From positions 7,168 through 71,167 of the forward strand of contig JBDKUO010000009.1 of the NCBI GenBank assembly GCA_039679645.1: DNA of 64,000 nt, read 5' to 3'. Below the pieces are notes generated by a model, which was not told the DNA's origin, ran no database searches, and was given only the letters and a program-made list of their open reading frames with translations. Each line of letters opens with the position of its first letter. Within the stretch, counting starts at the first letter, position 1. The DNA comes from Armatimonadota bacterium. GTDB taxonomy: Bacteria; Armatimonadota; UBA5829. The position numbers and the translations under genes were made by a program. Shown one piece after another: positions 35,751 through 44,181 of the stretch.

Positions 35751-37334
35751 TTAGTGCGCCCCAGGGACAGGCTGCGAATGGCGCGGTGGACGCCGCATCA
35801 GAAATACCAGCGGCAGCAGAACAATCATCACTACACCCAGCAGCCAGAACGCGTCTACAAAAGACATCATAGCGGCCTGACGTATTACCATTTGGTACGC
35901 AATACCAATAGCCTGTTTTTGGGCATTGAGATAGCTCTGGCCTGCTGCGGTAAGTCCTGCAACGGCTCCGTTGAACCACTGTTGAAAGGTTGGGTTGAAG
36001 GTAGATATGTTTTCTACCAGCCTGGACTGGTGAAACTGCTCGCGGCGGGCAAGGAGCGTGTTTACTGCCGCAATCCCTACACTGCCACCGATGTTGCGCA
36101 TGAGGTTGAATATGCCCGTTGCGCTGCCTGTCCTTTCTCGTGAAAGGAATGCGAAGGTCACTGTCGCGAGGGGCACAAACAAAAACGCAAGGCCGATGCC
36201 CATGATTATTCTCGGATAGGCCGCATCCCAGAAGCTGATCTGCAGGTTATAACCGGACATTATAAACATGGACACAGAGAGCATTGACAACCCAAAGATT
36301 ATTAAATACCTCACGTCCCATCGTCCGACCAGATAACCCACCACCGGCATACAGATCAGCGTCCCTATGCCTCCCGGAGACATTGCAAGCCCGCTTTGTA
36401 GTGCAGAGTATCCAAGCAGAGTCTGCAGCAGGACCGGCAAGAGGACCATGCTCCCATACAATGCTATGCCGAGCATGAATATGAGAAAGACTCCGGGCGC
36501 GAAGTTGCGCACCTTGAAGACTGTGAGGTCTATGATCGGGTGCTGTGTGTATAACTCCCACACGACCAGTGCGATCAGGCTGACTGCAGAAATAATCGAG
36601 AGATGCAGTATCCACGATGTCTGGAACCAGTCGTGCTTCTGACCGGTGTCCAGCACAACCTGAAGAAAGCCGATCCCCAACGCAAGCAGGCCAAGACCGA
36701 TATAATCGATTTTTATCGCGCCGCGCTGCAAATATGGCGGATCGACGACATATATCTGCGCCATGATCATCGACAAGATGCCTATCGGGATGTTTATATA
36801 GAATATCCAGCGCCAGGAGTAGTTGTCGGTGATCCACCCGCCGAGCGTTGGCCCTATGATCGGCGCAAACACAACCCCTATCCCGAATATGGCCATGCCC
36901 ATCCCGCGCCTGCTGACCGGAAAACACTCGAGCAGGATCGCCTGAGATATAGGCTGGAGCGCGCCGCCGCCCAGACCCTGCAGCACACGGTAAAAGATCA
37001 ACGAATGCAGCGAGGGCGCCAGGCCGCACAAAAACGACGAGATCACAAATGCAGTGACTGAGATCATATAATAGCGCTTGCGCCCGAAAAGTCTGCTGAG
37101 CCAGCCTGTGGCAGGCAGGACTATCGCATTTGAAACCAGGTATGAGGTCAGAACCCATGTGCTCTCGTCAATTGTTGCGGAGAGGTTGCCCGCTATGTGC
37201 GGCAGAGAGACGTTTACGACCGTGCTGTCCAGCACCTCCATGAAGGTCGCCAGCATGACGGCAATGGCGACCACACCTGGTGTGCCGACAGGACACCATC
37301 CCTGCTCCTGTAAGTTATCTGCTCTCTCTTCCAT
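35751..37334 (-). CDS. emrB: MFS transporter, DHA2 (EmrB/QacA) drug-efflux family
   Basis: 527 aa with ~14 TM segments. It has LDSTVVNVSLPHIAGNL and the G.LS..FGRKR motif typical of the EmrB/QacA subfamily. It lies downstream of the HlyD-family gene. Confidence 0.85.
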   Translation of the reverse strand: MEERADNLQEQGWCPVGTPGVVAIAVMLATFMEVLDSTVVNVSLPHIAGNLSATIDESTWVLTSYLVSNAIVLPATGWLSRLFGRKRYYMISVTAFVISSFLCGLAPSLHSLIFYRVLQGLGGGALQPISQAILLECFPVSRRGMGMAIFGIGVVFAPIIGPTLGGWITDNYSWRWIFYINIPIGILSMIMAQIYVVDPPYLQRGAIKIDYIGLGLLALGIGFLQVVLDTGQKHDWFQTSWILHLSIISAVSLIALVVWELYTQHPIIDLTVFKVRNFAPGVFLIFMLGIALYGSMVLLPVLLQTLLGYSALQSGLAMSPGGIGTLICMPVVGYLVGRWDVRYLIIFGLSMLSVSMFIMSGYNLQISFWDAAYPRIIMGIGLAFLFVPLATVTFAFLSRERTGSATGIFNLMRNIGGSVGIAAVNTLLARREQFHQSRLVENISTFNPTFQQWFNGAVAGLTAAGQSYLNAQKQAIGIAYQMVIRQAAMMSFVDAFWLLGVVMIVLLPLVFLMRRPPRHSQPVPGAH

Positions 37335-37349
37335 GTCAGCCTCGCTCAG

Positions 37350-37477
37350 CCCTCCAGGTAAGATACCTGGAGGGATATTAATCGGAATTTGAAATCCTAC
37401 TCTTCTGTTTCGGGCGCGATCGGAAATCGCGCCCGATCAAAGACGTTGTGACGCTATGACGCTATGACGCTGTGACG
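37350..37477. repeat. composite intergenic repeat block between emrA and emrB
   Basis: CCCTCCAGGTAAGATACCTGGAGGG (37350-37374), then TTCTGTTTCGGGCGCGATCGGAAATCGCGCCCGATCA (37403-37439). A tandem (G/A)TGACGCT octamer x4 follows (37441-37477), which is the reverse complement of the 16627-16655 repeat. Confidence 0.85.
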
Positions 37478-37480
37478 CAT

Positions 37481-38938
37481 TCAGCGCAGATAGACAGTCG
37501 CGATGACGTTTTGTCCCGGTCTGAGTACTACCCCCTTCGGCAGTGATTGGTCCAGAACTATCTTCACAGGGATGCGCTGCACCACCTTGACGAAGTTGCC
37601 TGTCGCATTCTCCGGCGGCAAAAGACTGAACTGGGCTACCGTTGCCGCCCCGATGCTGTTTACGCGGCCTCTGAGCCTTATGCCGGGGTATGAGTCCACG
37701 GTAAATGTCGCCCTCTGGCCGGGGTGCATGCGGCCTGTCTGAGTCTCTTTGAAGTTGGCGACCACCCAGACATTCGTAAGCGGGACTACGGCCATCAGCA
37801 TCTGGCCGGGCTGGACATATTGACCGATCTGAACACCCTTCTCGCTGACAACTCCCCTGACAGGCGCTTTTATATTTGTGTATGAAAGCAGCAGGCGATC
37901 ATTATTTAGTTGAGCAATGCTCTGCTTGACTGCTGCCTTGGCAGCGCCTCTTTGAGACTTGCTGATAGATATCTGCTCGGGAACCGTCTGAGTGCCTGCA
38001 AAAGCAGCCTGGGACTGTTTAAGGAGCGCACGCGCACGCGCAGCTTCCGACCTGGCGGTCTCAACGCCTGCCTTAGCCTGATCGGATGCATCCATTGCAG
38101 CGGCTAACTGGGAATTGTCGCGTTTCAGGACTGCTTTTGTACCCGCAAGGCTCGCTATGGCACGGTTTAGGGCTGCTTTGGAGCCGGCTACCTGTTGTCG
38201 GGCCGCGTTGAGCGCCGCCTGGGCGCTGGTATTTGTGGTCTGAAAGCTTTCGAACTGCTGTGCGGACGCTGCACCTGCGGTATAGAGTTCTTTGTATCTG
38301 GCATAATCGCTGGCAGCTTTTTTGGCCTGAGCAGCAGCAGATGCCGCATTCGCCTCAGCGGCTTTCACCGCCGCCTCGGCTGCAGTGACCTGAGCGGCGG
38401 CGGCATTGACATCCGTGCGCGCCGCCTCGACCACATCCCGCGAGGCTCTTACTTGAGCGTCTGCTGATCTTGCCTGCGCAATCGCGGCGATCACCTGGTT
38501 GTTCGCGCTCGATACAGTAGCCTGGGCGTTCTTTACGGCTGCCTTGGCCTGATCCAGCGATGAAGGAGCAGTCTTACCGACAACCGAGACCTGCCTGTTG
38601 CTTACAGACTCCTGCGCTATCGCCGCATCCACCGCTGCTGAAGACTTACGGACCCGATCCACATACTCTTTTCGATCGAGCCTAACAAGGAGATAACCCT
38701 TATCCACAAGCTGGTTGTCGTTTACGTTGATCTCGACGACGTGACCCGCAATGCGAGGACTAATCGGAACGAGGTGGCCTGCGACCTGGGCGTCATCGGT
38801 CGATTCCTTGCCTAGGCTCAGAATCCAATACACCAGCACACCAATGCCGACAAGAAGGATTACGCCGATCACGATGATGGCTCTTTTGCGGGCCGCAAAG
38901 AACTTGCTCAGCCTCGATACTTGCTGCTCGTCGTTCAA
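37481..38938 (-). CDS. emrA: HlyD/EmrA-family membrane fusion protein with extended Ala-rich coiled coil
   Basis: 485 aa with an N-terminal TM segment and a lipoyl-like motif (VAGHLVPISPRIAGHVVEINV.DNQ.V.KG..L..LD). A ~230-aa A/Q/K-rich hairpin region and a C-terminal beta-barrel (VPLTNVWVVANFKETQ) follow. Confidence 0.85.
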   Translation of the reverse strand: MNDEQQVSRLSKFFAARKRAIIVIGVILLVGIGVLVYWILSLGKESTDDAQVAGHLVPISPRIAGHVVEINVNDNQLVDKGYLLVRLDRKEYVDRVRKSSAAVDAAIAQESVSNRQVSVVGKTAPSSLDQAKAAVKNAQATVSSANNQVIAAIAQARSADAQVRASRDVVEAARTDVNAAAAQVTAAEAAVKAAEANAASAAAQAKKAASDYARYKELYTAGAASAQQFESFQTTNTSAQAALNAARQQVAGSKAALNRAIASLAGTKAVLKRDNSQLAAAMDASDQAKAGVETARSEAARARALLKQSQAAFAGTQTVPEQISISKSQRGAAKAAVKQSIAQLNNDRLLLSYTNIKAPVRGVVSEKGVQIGQYVQPGQMLMAVVPLTNVWVVANFKETQTGRMHPGQRATFTVDSYPGIRLRGRVNSIGAATVAQFSLLPPENATGNFVKVVQRIPVKIVLDQSLPKGVVLRPGQNVIATVYLR

Positions 38939-39106
38939 AGTCCCTTCCTCTCAATTACAGATGAAGTTTTACCAAGGAATACTGTGTGTGAAACTTTAAC
39001 GGAACTATCAAGGGAGCTGACTGCGTATCCGTATTTGTATGCTTGCAACAAATTATTGATCAGAGCGTATAAATTGCTTGACTATAAGCCCAAGCGCAGG
39101 AATAAT

Positions 39107-40273
39107 ATGTATGGAATCTCGGCTCACGGAGGCTACCGGCTGATGAAGGCTACTTATATTGTAATAGCGATATTGATGCTTGTCGGTTCTATACTGCCTA
39201 TGGCGGCTATAGCGGACGGCTCGAAGTTGGCTGTAGGTGACGTGATCGACGTGGCTGTCGACGGCGAGAAGGACTTCTCCAAGCACTATCAGATCAACAG
39301 TGACGGCTGCATACTAATGCCGATGGTCAACTCCGTGAAGATCGAAGGCCTCAACACATCGGACGCATCTGCTGAAATCACCAAATCTCTTAAGAGCGTG
39401 CTCGTAAACCCACAGGTAAGTGTGTCTTTCGTGGAGCGCGCGAAGATGCAGGTGTTTGTGGTCGGTCAAGTCAACAAACGCGGGTTGATTGAAATAGGAG
39501 TCGGCGACAGGGTTTTACAGGCGCTAGCGCAGGCCGGTTATGACGATACAGCAGATCTCTCGCGTGTAAATATCAGAAGAGGCGACGAGATAATAGACCT
39601 GGACCTCACCAAATACTTATCCGGTGAAGATTTGACCGTTAACAGACAGTTGGAGTCGGGAGACACCGTAGTCGTATCTCGATTGGATATGATAGGCACG
39701 GTAATGGCGTCAGGGCAGGTCAGCAAGGTCGGCTCAATCCCACTCAAACGCAACATGACTTTTCGTGAGGCTATTGGCCTGGTGGGTGGAATTACTGTTG
39801 AGGCCGATCCGGCGAAGATTACTGTAAAAAGAGAAGGTATCGCCGAACCTATTAAAATCGACTATGAAAAGGCTATGGCGGGAGATCCCACCGCAGATAT
39901 CGCGCTCGCGCCCGGTGACATAATATATGTGTCCGAACTGGAGATATCCTATTTCACGATATGGGGCGGAGTCAACAAACCTGGACAATACCCTATTAAA
40001 GGGAAGCTGGCGCTCAGCGAAGCAATCGGTGTAGCGGGAGGCGCAGTTACCAATGTTGGAGACATCCGTGCAATCAAGATCATGCATGCCTCCGGACCCG
40101 AGGCAAAGGTTGGCGAATCGGTCACGGTTGACCTTACACAGGTCATCAAAGGCACTGCGGACGAACCCCAAGTCAGGCGCGGAGACGTTATATACGTAAC
40201 GGAGCATAAGCAAAAACCAAATCTCTGGAATGCGCTCCAGACGCTCTCGCCGTTTTGGTGGATTTTCAGGTAG
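39107..40273 (+). CDS. polysaccharide export protein (Wza-like: Poly_export + SLBB repeats)
   Basis: Signal/TM segment MKATYIVIAILMLVGSILPMAAIA, a Poly_export-like segment (LAVGDVIDVAV.G....S..YQINSDGCI.MP.V..VKIEGL), and repeated SLBB-like units (V.V.G.V.K.G). The start is either ATG 39107 or ATG 39143. The ORF-track start at 38921 overlaps emrA and is unlikely. Confidence 0.7.
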   Translation: MYGISAHGGYRLMKATYIVIAILMLVGSILPMAAIADGSKLAVGDVIDVAVDGEKDFSKHYQINSDGCILMPMVNSVKIEGLNTSDASAEITKSLKSVLVNPQVSVSFVERAKMQVFVVGQVNKRGLIEIGVGDRVLQALAQAGYDDTADLSRVNIRRGDEIIDLDLTKYLSGEDLTVNRQLESGDTVVVSRLDMIGTVMASGQVSKVGSIPLKRNMTFREAIGLVGGITVEADPAKITVKREGIAEPIKIDYEKAMAGDPTADIALAPGDIIYVSELEISYFTIWGGVNKPGQYPIKGKLALSEAIGVAGGAVTNVGDIRAIKIMHASGPEAKVGESVTVDLTQVIKGTADEPQVRRGDVIYVTEHKQKPNLWNALQTLSPFWWIFR

Positions 40274-40449
40274 GGTGCGCACGATTATTTGTCACAAATC
40301 CATACACATTACGGTCCACCAGACAGACACGCATATATATTTCAGACCAATTATTAATATCATGCACGCATATAGCGACTGTATTACACACAAAGCTCTG
40401 CCTGCTCGCTTTATCACCTGTTAGAATTACTAGTTTTTTACCTCTGGCA

Positions 40450-40478
40450 TTGACATTTACTTCAATCTCGGCTATTAT
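40450..40478 (+). promoter_or_regulatory. sigma70-type promoter of the PEP-CTERM protein gene
   Basis: TTGACA (40450-40455), a 17-nt spacer, then TATTAT (40473-40478). This predicts a ~130-nt 5' UTR before GAAAGGAGGA-N10-ATG. Confidence 0.55.
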
Positions 40479-40615
40479 CAAAAAGTATGCTCGGCTGTGA
40501 ATACCTGCACGACAATTTGACTTTGCGGGATTTGCCGTCAGTTAGTGCGTCGGGTCGATATGCCGGCAAGCAAAACGGACGTATTGATTCATTGGGAAAG
40601 GAGGATGTAATTACT

Positions 40616-41128
40616 ATGGCAAAAAGAATCGTATTAATTGCTGCGGTTGTAATGCTCATTGGCATGGCTATGTCAGCACATGCGATGGCATACAACTCAA
40701 TTCTCACAGGCACCCTCGGCAATGTAAACGTAAATGCCACTGCCACTCTCACAGGCGGCATTTGGGACTATGTTTACGTTGTATCCCCGACGAACGTGCC
40801 CGCCCTGAATGGCCAGTTGCACAGTTTCAGCATAGGCAATCCTGGGCTGTTTCCGTATTTCGGAACCGCATCCAGTGACCCCACTTTCACATGGGCCAGC
40901 ACTCTGGTAGATACCGTGCGATGGGAGAATGGACTTCCGACGTCAAGTCCTGTAACATTCAGTTTCAAGTCCATATATGAACCCGGCTATGTTGACTGCA
41001 GCGCACAGAACGGCGGTCATGCAAGCACAGGTAAGACACTGGGAATGGTGCCTGAGCCGATAAGTATGATCCTGGGATCACTTGGCCTTTGCTGCGTTGC
41101 GGGGCTAAAGAGGCTGCGAAGAAAATAA
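40616..41128 (+). CDS. PEP-CTERM sorting-domain protein (exosortase substrate)
   Basis: 170 aa with a signal peptide MAKRIVLIAAVVMLIGMAMSAHA. The C-terminus VPEPISMILGSLGLCCVAGLKRLRRK gives the PEP motif, a TM helix and a basic tail. Confidence 0.85.
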   Translation: MAKRIVLIAAVVMLIGMAMSAHAMAYNSILTGTLGNVNVNATATLTGGIWDYVYVVSPTNVPALNGQLHSFSIGNPGLFPYFGTASSDPTFTWASTLVDTVRWENGLPTSSPVTFSFKSIYEPGYVDCSAQNGGHASTGKTLGMVPEPISMILGSLGLCCVAGLKRLRRK

Positions 41129-41169
41129 AAACTAGAGCTATCAAGCTTGGTGCGAGTTATAGTAATTTT

Positions 41170-41193
41170 GGGCGGAGTTAATGTGCTCCGCCC
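41170..41193. terminator. hairpin between convergent genes (possible bidirectional terminator)
   Basis: GGGCGGAG-ttaatgtg-CTCCGCCC, followed by a T-rich ATATCTTTATT on the plus strand. It lies between the PEP-CTERM gene stop (41128) and the minus-strand gene stop (41210). Confidence 0.5.
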
Positions 41194-41209
41194 ATATCTT
41201 TATTGCTTA

Positions 41210-42997
41210 CTACTGAAGAGCTGGTTGATAAATCTGCAGTTCGTCCGATGCAAAAGGCCCCAGATCCGTCTGCTTATACCCTTTTATAGAATCAAACACT
41301 TCCGCATTTCTCTGGTTTTGTTGAAAAAATTTATTAGCTGCTTCTGTCTGTTCAGGGCTTCGGCCTATATCTTTTGCATATGCGCGAATCCGACTAAGAA
41401 CCTTATCAGGATTAGCAATGTATTCACGCTGTATCTTTGTTGTGTAAAGCTTATACCACGTCTCATCAGTTGGATAACTGCGAGACTCGGACGTTAGAAC
41501 AATAACATTCATCGAATACCCATCTTGGACTAGCTTCGAAATGTCTGCATCAGAACGAGGCAGCCAGACAGCAACCTCATTTTCGGTTCGCCATGCAGCA
41601 AGCCATGGAATATCCGTATACATGCATGTCACACCTAATTTGTCTCCCTGAGACATTATAGCTGATGCCTCAAGCATTTTATCTGCTTGTTCATTGGTTG
41701 CCCATACAATTGCACTTACCGCCGGCCAGGAAGTGATTAATATAACCCCTATTAATATGCCTTTCAAAAAGATTGGGTGAAGTTTTTTTGCATCTAGAAG
41801 CAAGAACAAGTATGCACTACCGAATACGGATGCAGCGGGGGCAATTAATATCAAAGCATTATTTCCAAGGCTGAAAAGTGCAATACACATGAGAAAAATT
41901 GGAGCAAGGACATAAAGCACTCCCCTGACCGCGTTTGCAGACGGCGATTTGAACTTATATAGCATGCTCACGACCGCAAGCGGCAGTATTACCATCCCCA
42001 GTATCGACAGCATATCGCCGACCGCACCGGAGGTGCCTGCCATCAACTTTTGCGAGAAAGATGAGAAGTGCTCCATGGGATATAGTAAAACTCCGGCAAT
42101 ACCACGACCTGCCGCATCTATGCTCCTGTAAAACGTATTGCCGGGAAACTCGCTTGTATCGGCCATTATGTCCCAGGCATTGGCGCCCAGAATAGATCCG
42201 CCGGTCAGTTCTGCATTCCTGTATGCCCATGGCGCGACTGCAATTGCTGTTACCATCATAAATAAAACCAGGTGCTGTATACGTCTGGAACCGGTTACTG
42301 CAAAATACAGAGCAACGGGAATAAACAAAAACAAGAGAGCCTGATGGGTCATATAAAGCAGGCAGATCAGTATGGCTGATGCAACTACATAAAAATAGCC
42401 TGCCCTGCCGCCGCCGGACAGGGAGTTCTTATGGTGCGCTGCAATTGCAAGCATTAGCAAGACAAACCAGAATGCTGCCATCGGCCACTCACTTGCCGAT
42501 GTGGCTGACTGCAGGACAAACACAGAAGTGCCCATGCCCACCGCAGCCAATATACCGATGCGCCAGTCAAAGAGCATTCTTCCAAGAATAAATGTCGCTA
42601 TCAAAGTAAGAAAACCAAATATCATCGACATTCGCACAACTGCCTGGTCAGATACTTGGGTATATCTGAAGGCAGCAGCAACAACATATGGGTAGAGGGG
42701 TCCATGGTTTATTTCAGGCAGAGGAGCAGGCACATCCTTCAACAGCCCTGCGTTGAACGGCCTGACAAAGCGCGTCGTAAAACCTTTGCCGGTCGATATG
42801 TTCAAAGAAATCTGCGCAATGTCCATCTGATCGCGGGTAGTCAGCCAGGGATGGTTCTGCAGATAATACCCGCCCATGACCGCTCCCAGCACAACAAATA
42901 TCCCGACCATTGCAAGGATATGGTTCCAATTGATGCCACGATCCTGCAAAGTGAGCCTCTTCGCTTTACTAATGCGGCTTCCCTCTGCGACACTCAT
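41210..42997 (-). CDS. polytopic membrane protein, probable GT-C (ArnT/PMT_2-like) glycosyltransferase
   Basis: 595 aa with ~12 TM segments and a ~150-aa soluble C-terminus. The first loop has acidic residues (TRDQMDIAQ) and an hPPLY-like INHGPLYPYVVAAAF, as in ArnT/PMT_2 enzymes. Confidence 0.5.
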   Translation of the reverse strand: MSVAEGSRISKAKRLTLQDRGINWNHILAMVGIFVVLGAVMGGYYLQNHPWLTTRDQMDIAQISLNISTGKGFTTRFVRPFNAGLLKDVPAPLPEINHGPLYPYVVAAAFRYTQVSDQAVVRMSMIFGFLTLIATFILGRMLFDWRIGILAAVGMGTSVFVLQSATSASEWPMAAFWFVLLMLAIAAHHKNSLSGGGRAGYFYVVASAILICLLYMTHQALLFLFIPVALYFAVTGSRRIQHLVLFMMVTAIAVAPWAYRNAELTGGSILGANAWDIMADTSEFPGNTFYRSIDAAGRGIAGVLLYPMEHFSSFSQKLMAGTSGAVGDMLSILGMVILPLAVVSMLYKFKSPSANAVRGVLYVLAPIFLMCIALFSLGNNALILIAPAASVFGSAYLFLLLDAKKLHPIFLKGILIGVILITSWPAVSAIVWATNEQADKMLEASAIMSQGDKLGVTCMYTDIPWLAAWRTENEVAVWLPRSDADISKLVQDGYSMNVIVLTSESRSYPTDETWYKLYTTKIQREYIANPDKVLSRIRAYAKDIGRSPEQTEAANKFFQQNQRNAEVFDSIKGYKQTDLGPFASDELQIYQPALQ

Positions 42998-44181
42998 TCA
43001 TTTCCTCCAATTGCAATCACTTCTTCGTATATATGTTCCAGACTACGCACGCTCGACTCCCATGAGAACCTTTTGATCACTTCTAGGCGACCCAAGCGAC
43101 CGATATCGTGCGCAGCTTCCGGGGTATCCAGCAGACTTATCACCTCATCCGCAACCTTCTCGGCACCCTGAGCACACACTGTGCCGGGGCATCCATCACC
43201 AAATGCACGCAAGGCGATGGGCGTGGCGACAACCGGCAATTCCATAGCCATCGCCTCCAGAACCTTGTTTTGTATGCCGACCGCAACCTGCATCGGCACA
43301 ACCGCAACCTGAGCCGAATCCAAATATGGACGAATGTCCGGCACATATCCGGTAACCGTTATGCCCGGCACTGCGGATAAGCTCATAATATCTTCAGATG
43401 GACCGCTTCCCACAATCACGAACTCGGCATCCGGGTGCTTTTGCCGGACTGTCGGAAAACACTCCTTTGCAAACCAGACCGCTGCCTGAGCATTTGGGTG
43501 ATAACCCATCTTGCCGCTGAATATAATCCGTTTCGAACAGCGCGCCGCACCCCGCGGAGCAAAGTAATCCGTATCAACTCCGTTTTCGATGACATCCACA
43601 CGGATATCGGAGTTCATTGCCAGAAGCTCGGCACGCTCCGTCTCGGCGGTAATTATAACACGAGCAAACCGCCGCAGAACTCGCGGCTCATATCTGCTGA
43701 GTTTAATCGCTTCTTCGAGCATGACAAGCTTTGATATTGGGTTCCTATGCTCAGAAGCCATCTGGCGAAACAGGCTCGTCAGGCAATCGACTGAGTCGAA
43801 AACAACAGGCACATCGCCCATCATCGATGCAAAGTGGGCAGCCCTGAGATGCTCTATATGAACGATATCGAACTTACGTTGACGCATTACCTCAGATATC
43901 GCTCTTTTCATCGCTTGCGACCGGCAGAATGCGGCGCACATAGGTACCGGAGTCGGCAGAGCAATCAGAGACTGCAAATATCCGCGCGGCTTAGAGTGCG
44001 GCACCACATGCAGATCGGCCACAATCTCGGGCAGTTCATCCGCTCCTTCGACTTTGCGGCCGTCAGTTTCACCCAATGCAATAACAGTAACTTGATGGCG
44101 CTTCGAAAGCTCCTTAATCAGGTGAAACGGCCTTACTCTGATCCGGCTCGGCACGTATGGCGCGATAAAGAGTATGTTCAT
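42994..44181 (-). CDS. GT4 family glycosyltransferase
   Basis: 395 aa with a GT-B layout. The C-terminal Glycos_transf_1 motif is present (VAVVPMQVAVGIQNKVLEAMAMELPVVAT). It has 4-nt overlaps with both neighbouring genes. Confidence 0.85.
   Translation of the reverse strand: MNILFIAPYVPSRIRVRPFHLIKELSKRHQVTVIALGETDGRKVEGADELPEIVADLHVVPHSKPRGYLQSLIALPTPVPMCAAFCRSQAMKRAISEVMRQRKFDIVHIEHLRAAHFASMMGDVPVVFDSVDCLTSLFRQMASEHRNPISKLVMLEEAIKLSRYEPRVLRRFARVIITAETERAELLAMNSDIRVDVIENGVDTDYFAPRGAARCSKRIIFSGKMGYHPNAQAAVWFAKECFPTVRQKHPDAEFVIVGSGPSEDIMSLSAVPGITVTGYVPDIRPYLDSAQVAVVPMQVAVGIQNKVLEAMAMELPVVATPIALRAFGDGCPGTVCAQGAEKVADEVISLLDTPEAAHDIGRLGRLEVIKRFSWESSVRSLEHIYEEVIAIGGNE

Noticed and set aside
36247-37158. 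303-aa minus-strand alternative-frame ORF inside emrB
   Set aside because: It is on the same strand as the MFS gene but out of frame with it. It is Arg/Ala/Gly-rich and non-membrane-like, whereas the emrB frame shows the full DHA2 pattern.
38921-39106. Upstream extension of the Wza-like ORF to 38921
   Set aside because: It would overlap the divergent emrA start and add 62 non-signal residues before the obvious signal/TM segment. Internal ATGs at 39107 or 39143 fit better.
40230-40761. ORFs 40230-40424, 40255-40500, 40266-40481 and 40462-40761 between the Wza-like and PEP-CTERM genes
   Set aside because: They are short, mutually overlapping on both strands, lack an RBS, and cover the predicted promoter and 5' UTR of the PEP-CTERM gene.
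41147-41497. 116-aa plus-strand ORF downstream of the PEP-CTERM gene
   Set aside because: It crosses the terminator hairpin and runs antisense to the 3' end of the 595-aa membrane protein gene. The translation is Leu/Ile/Cys-rich with no features.
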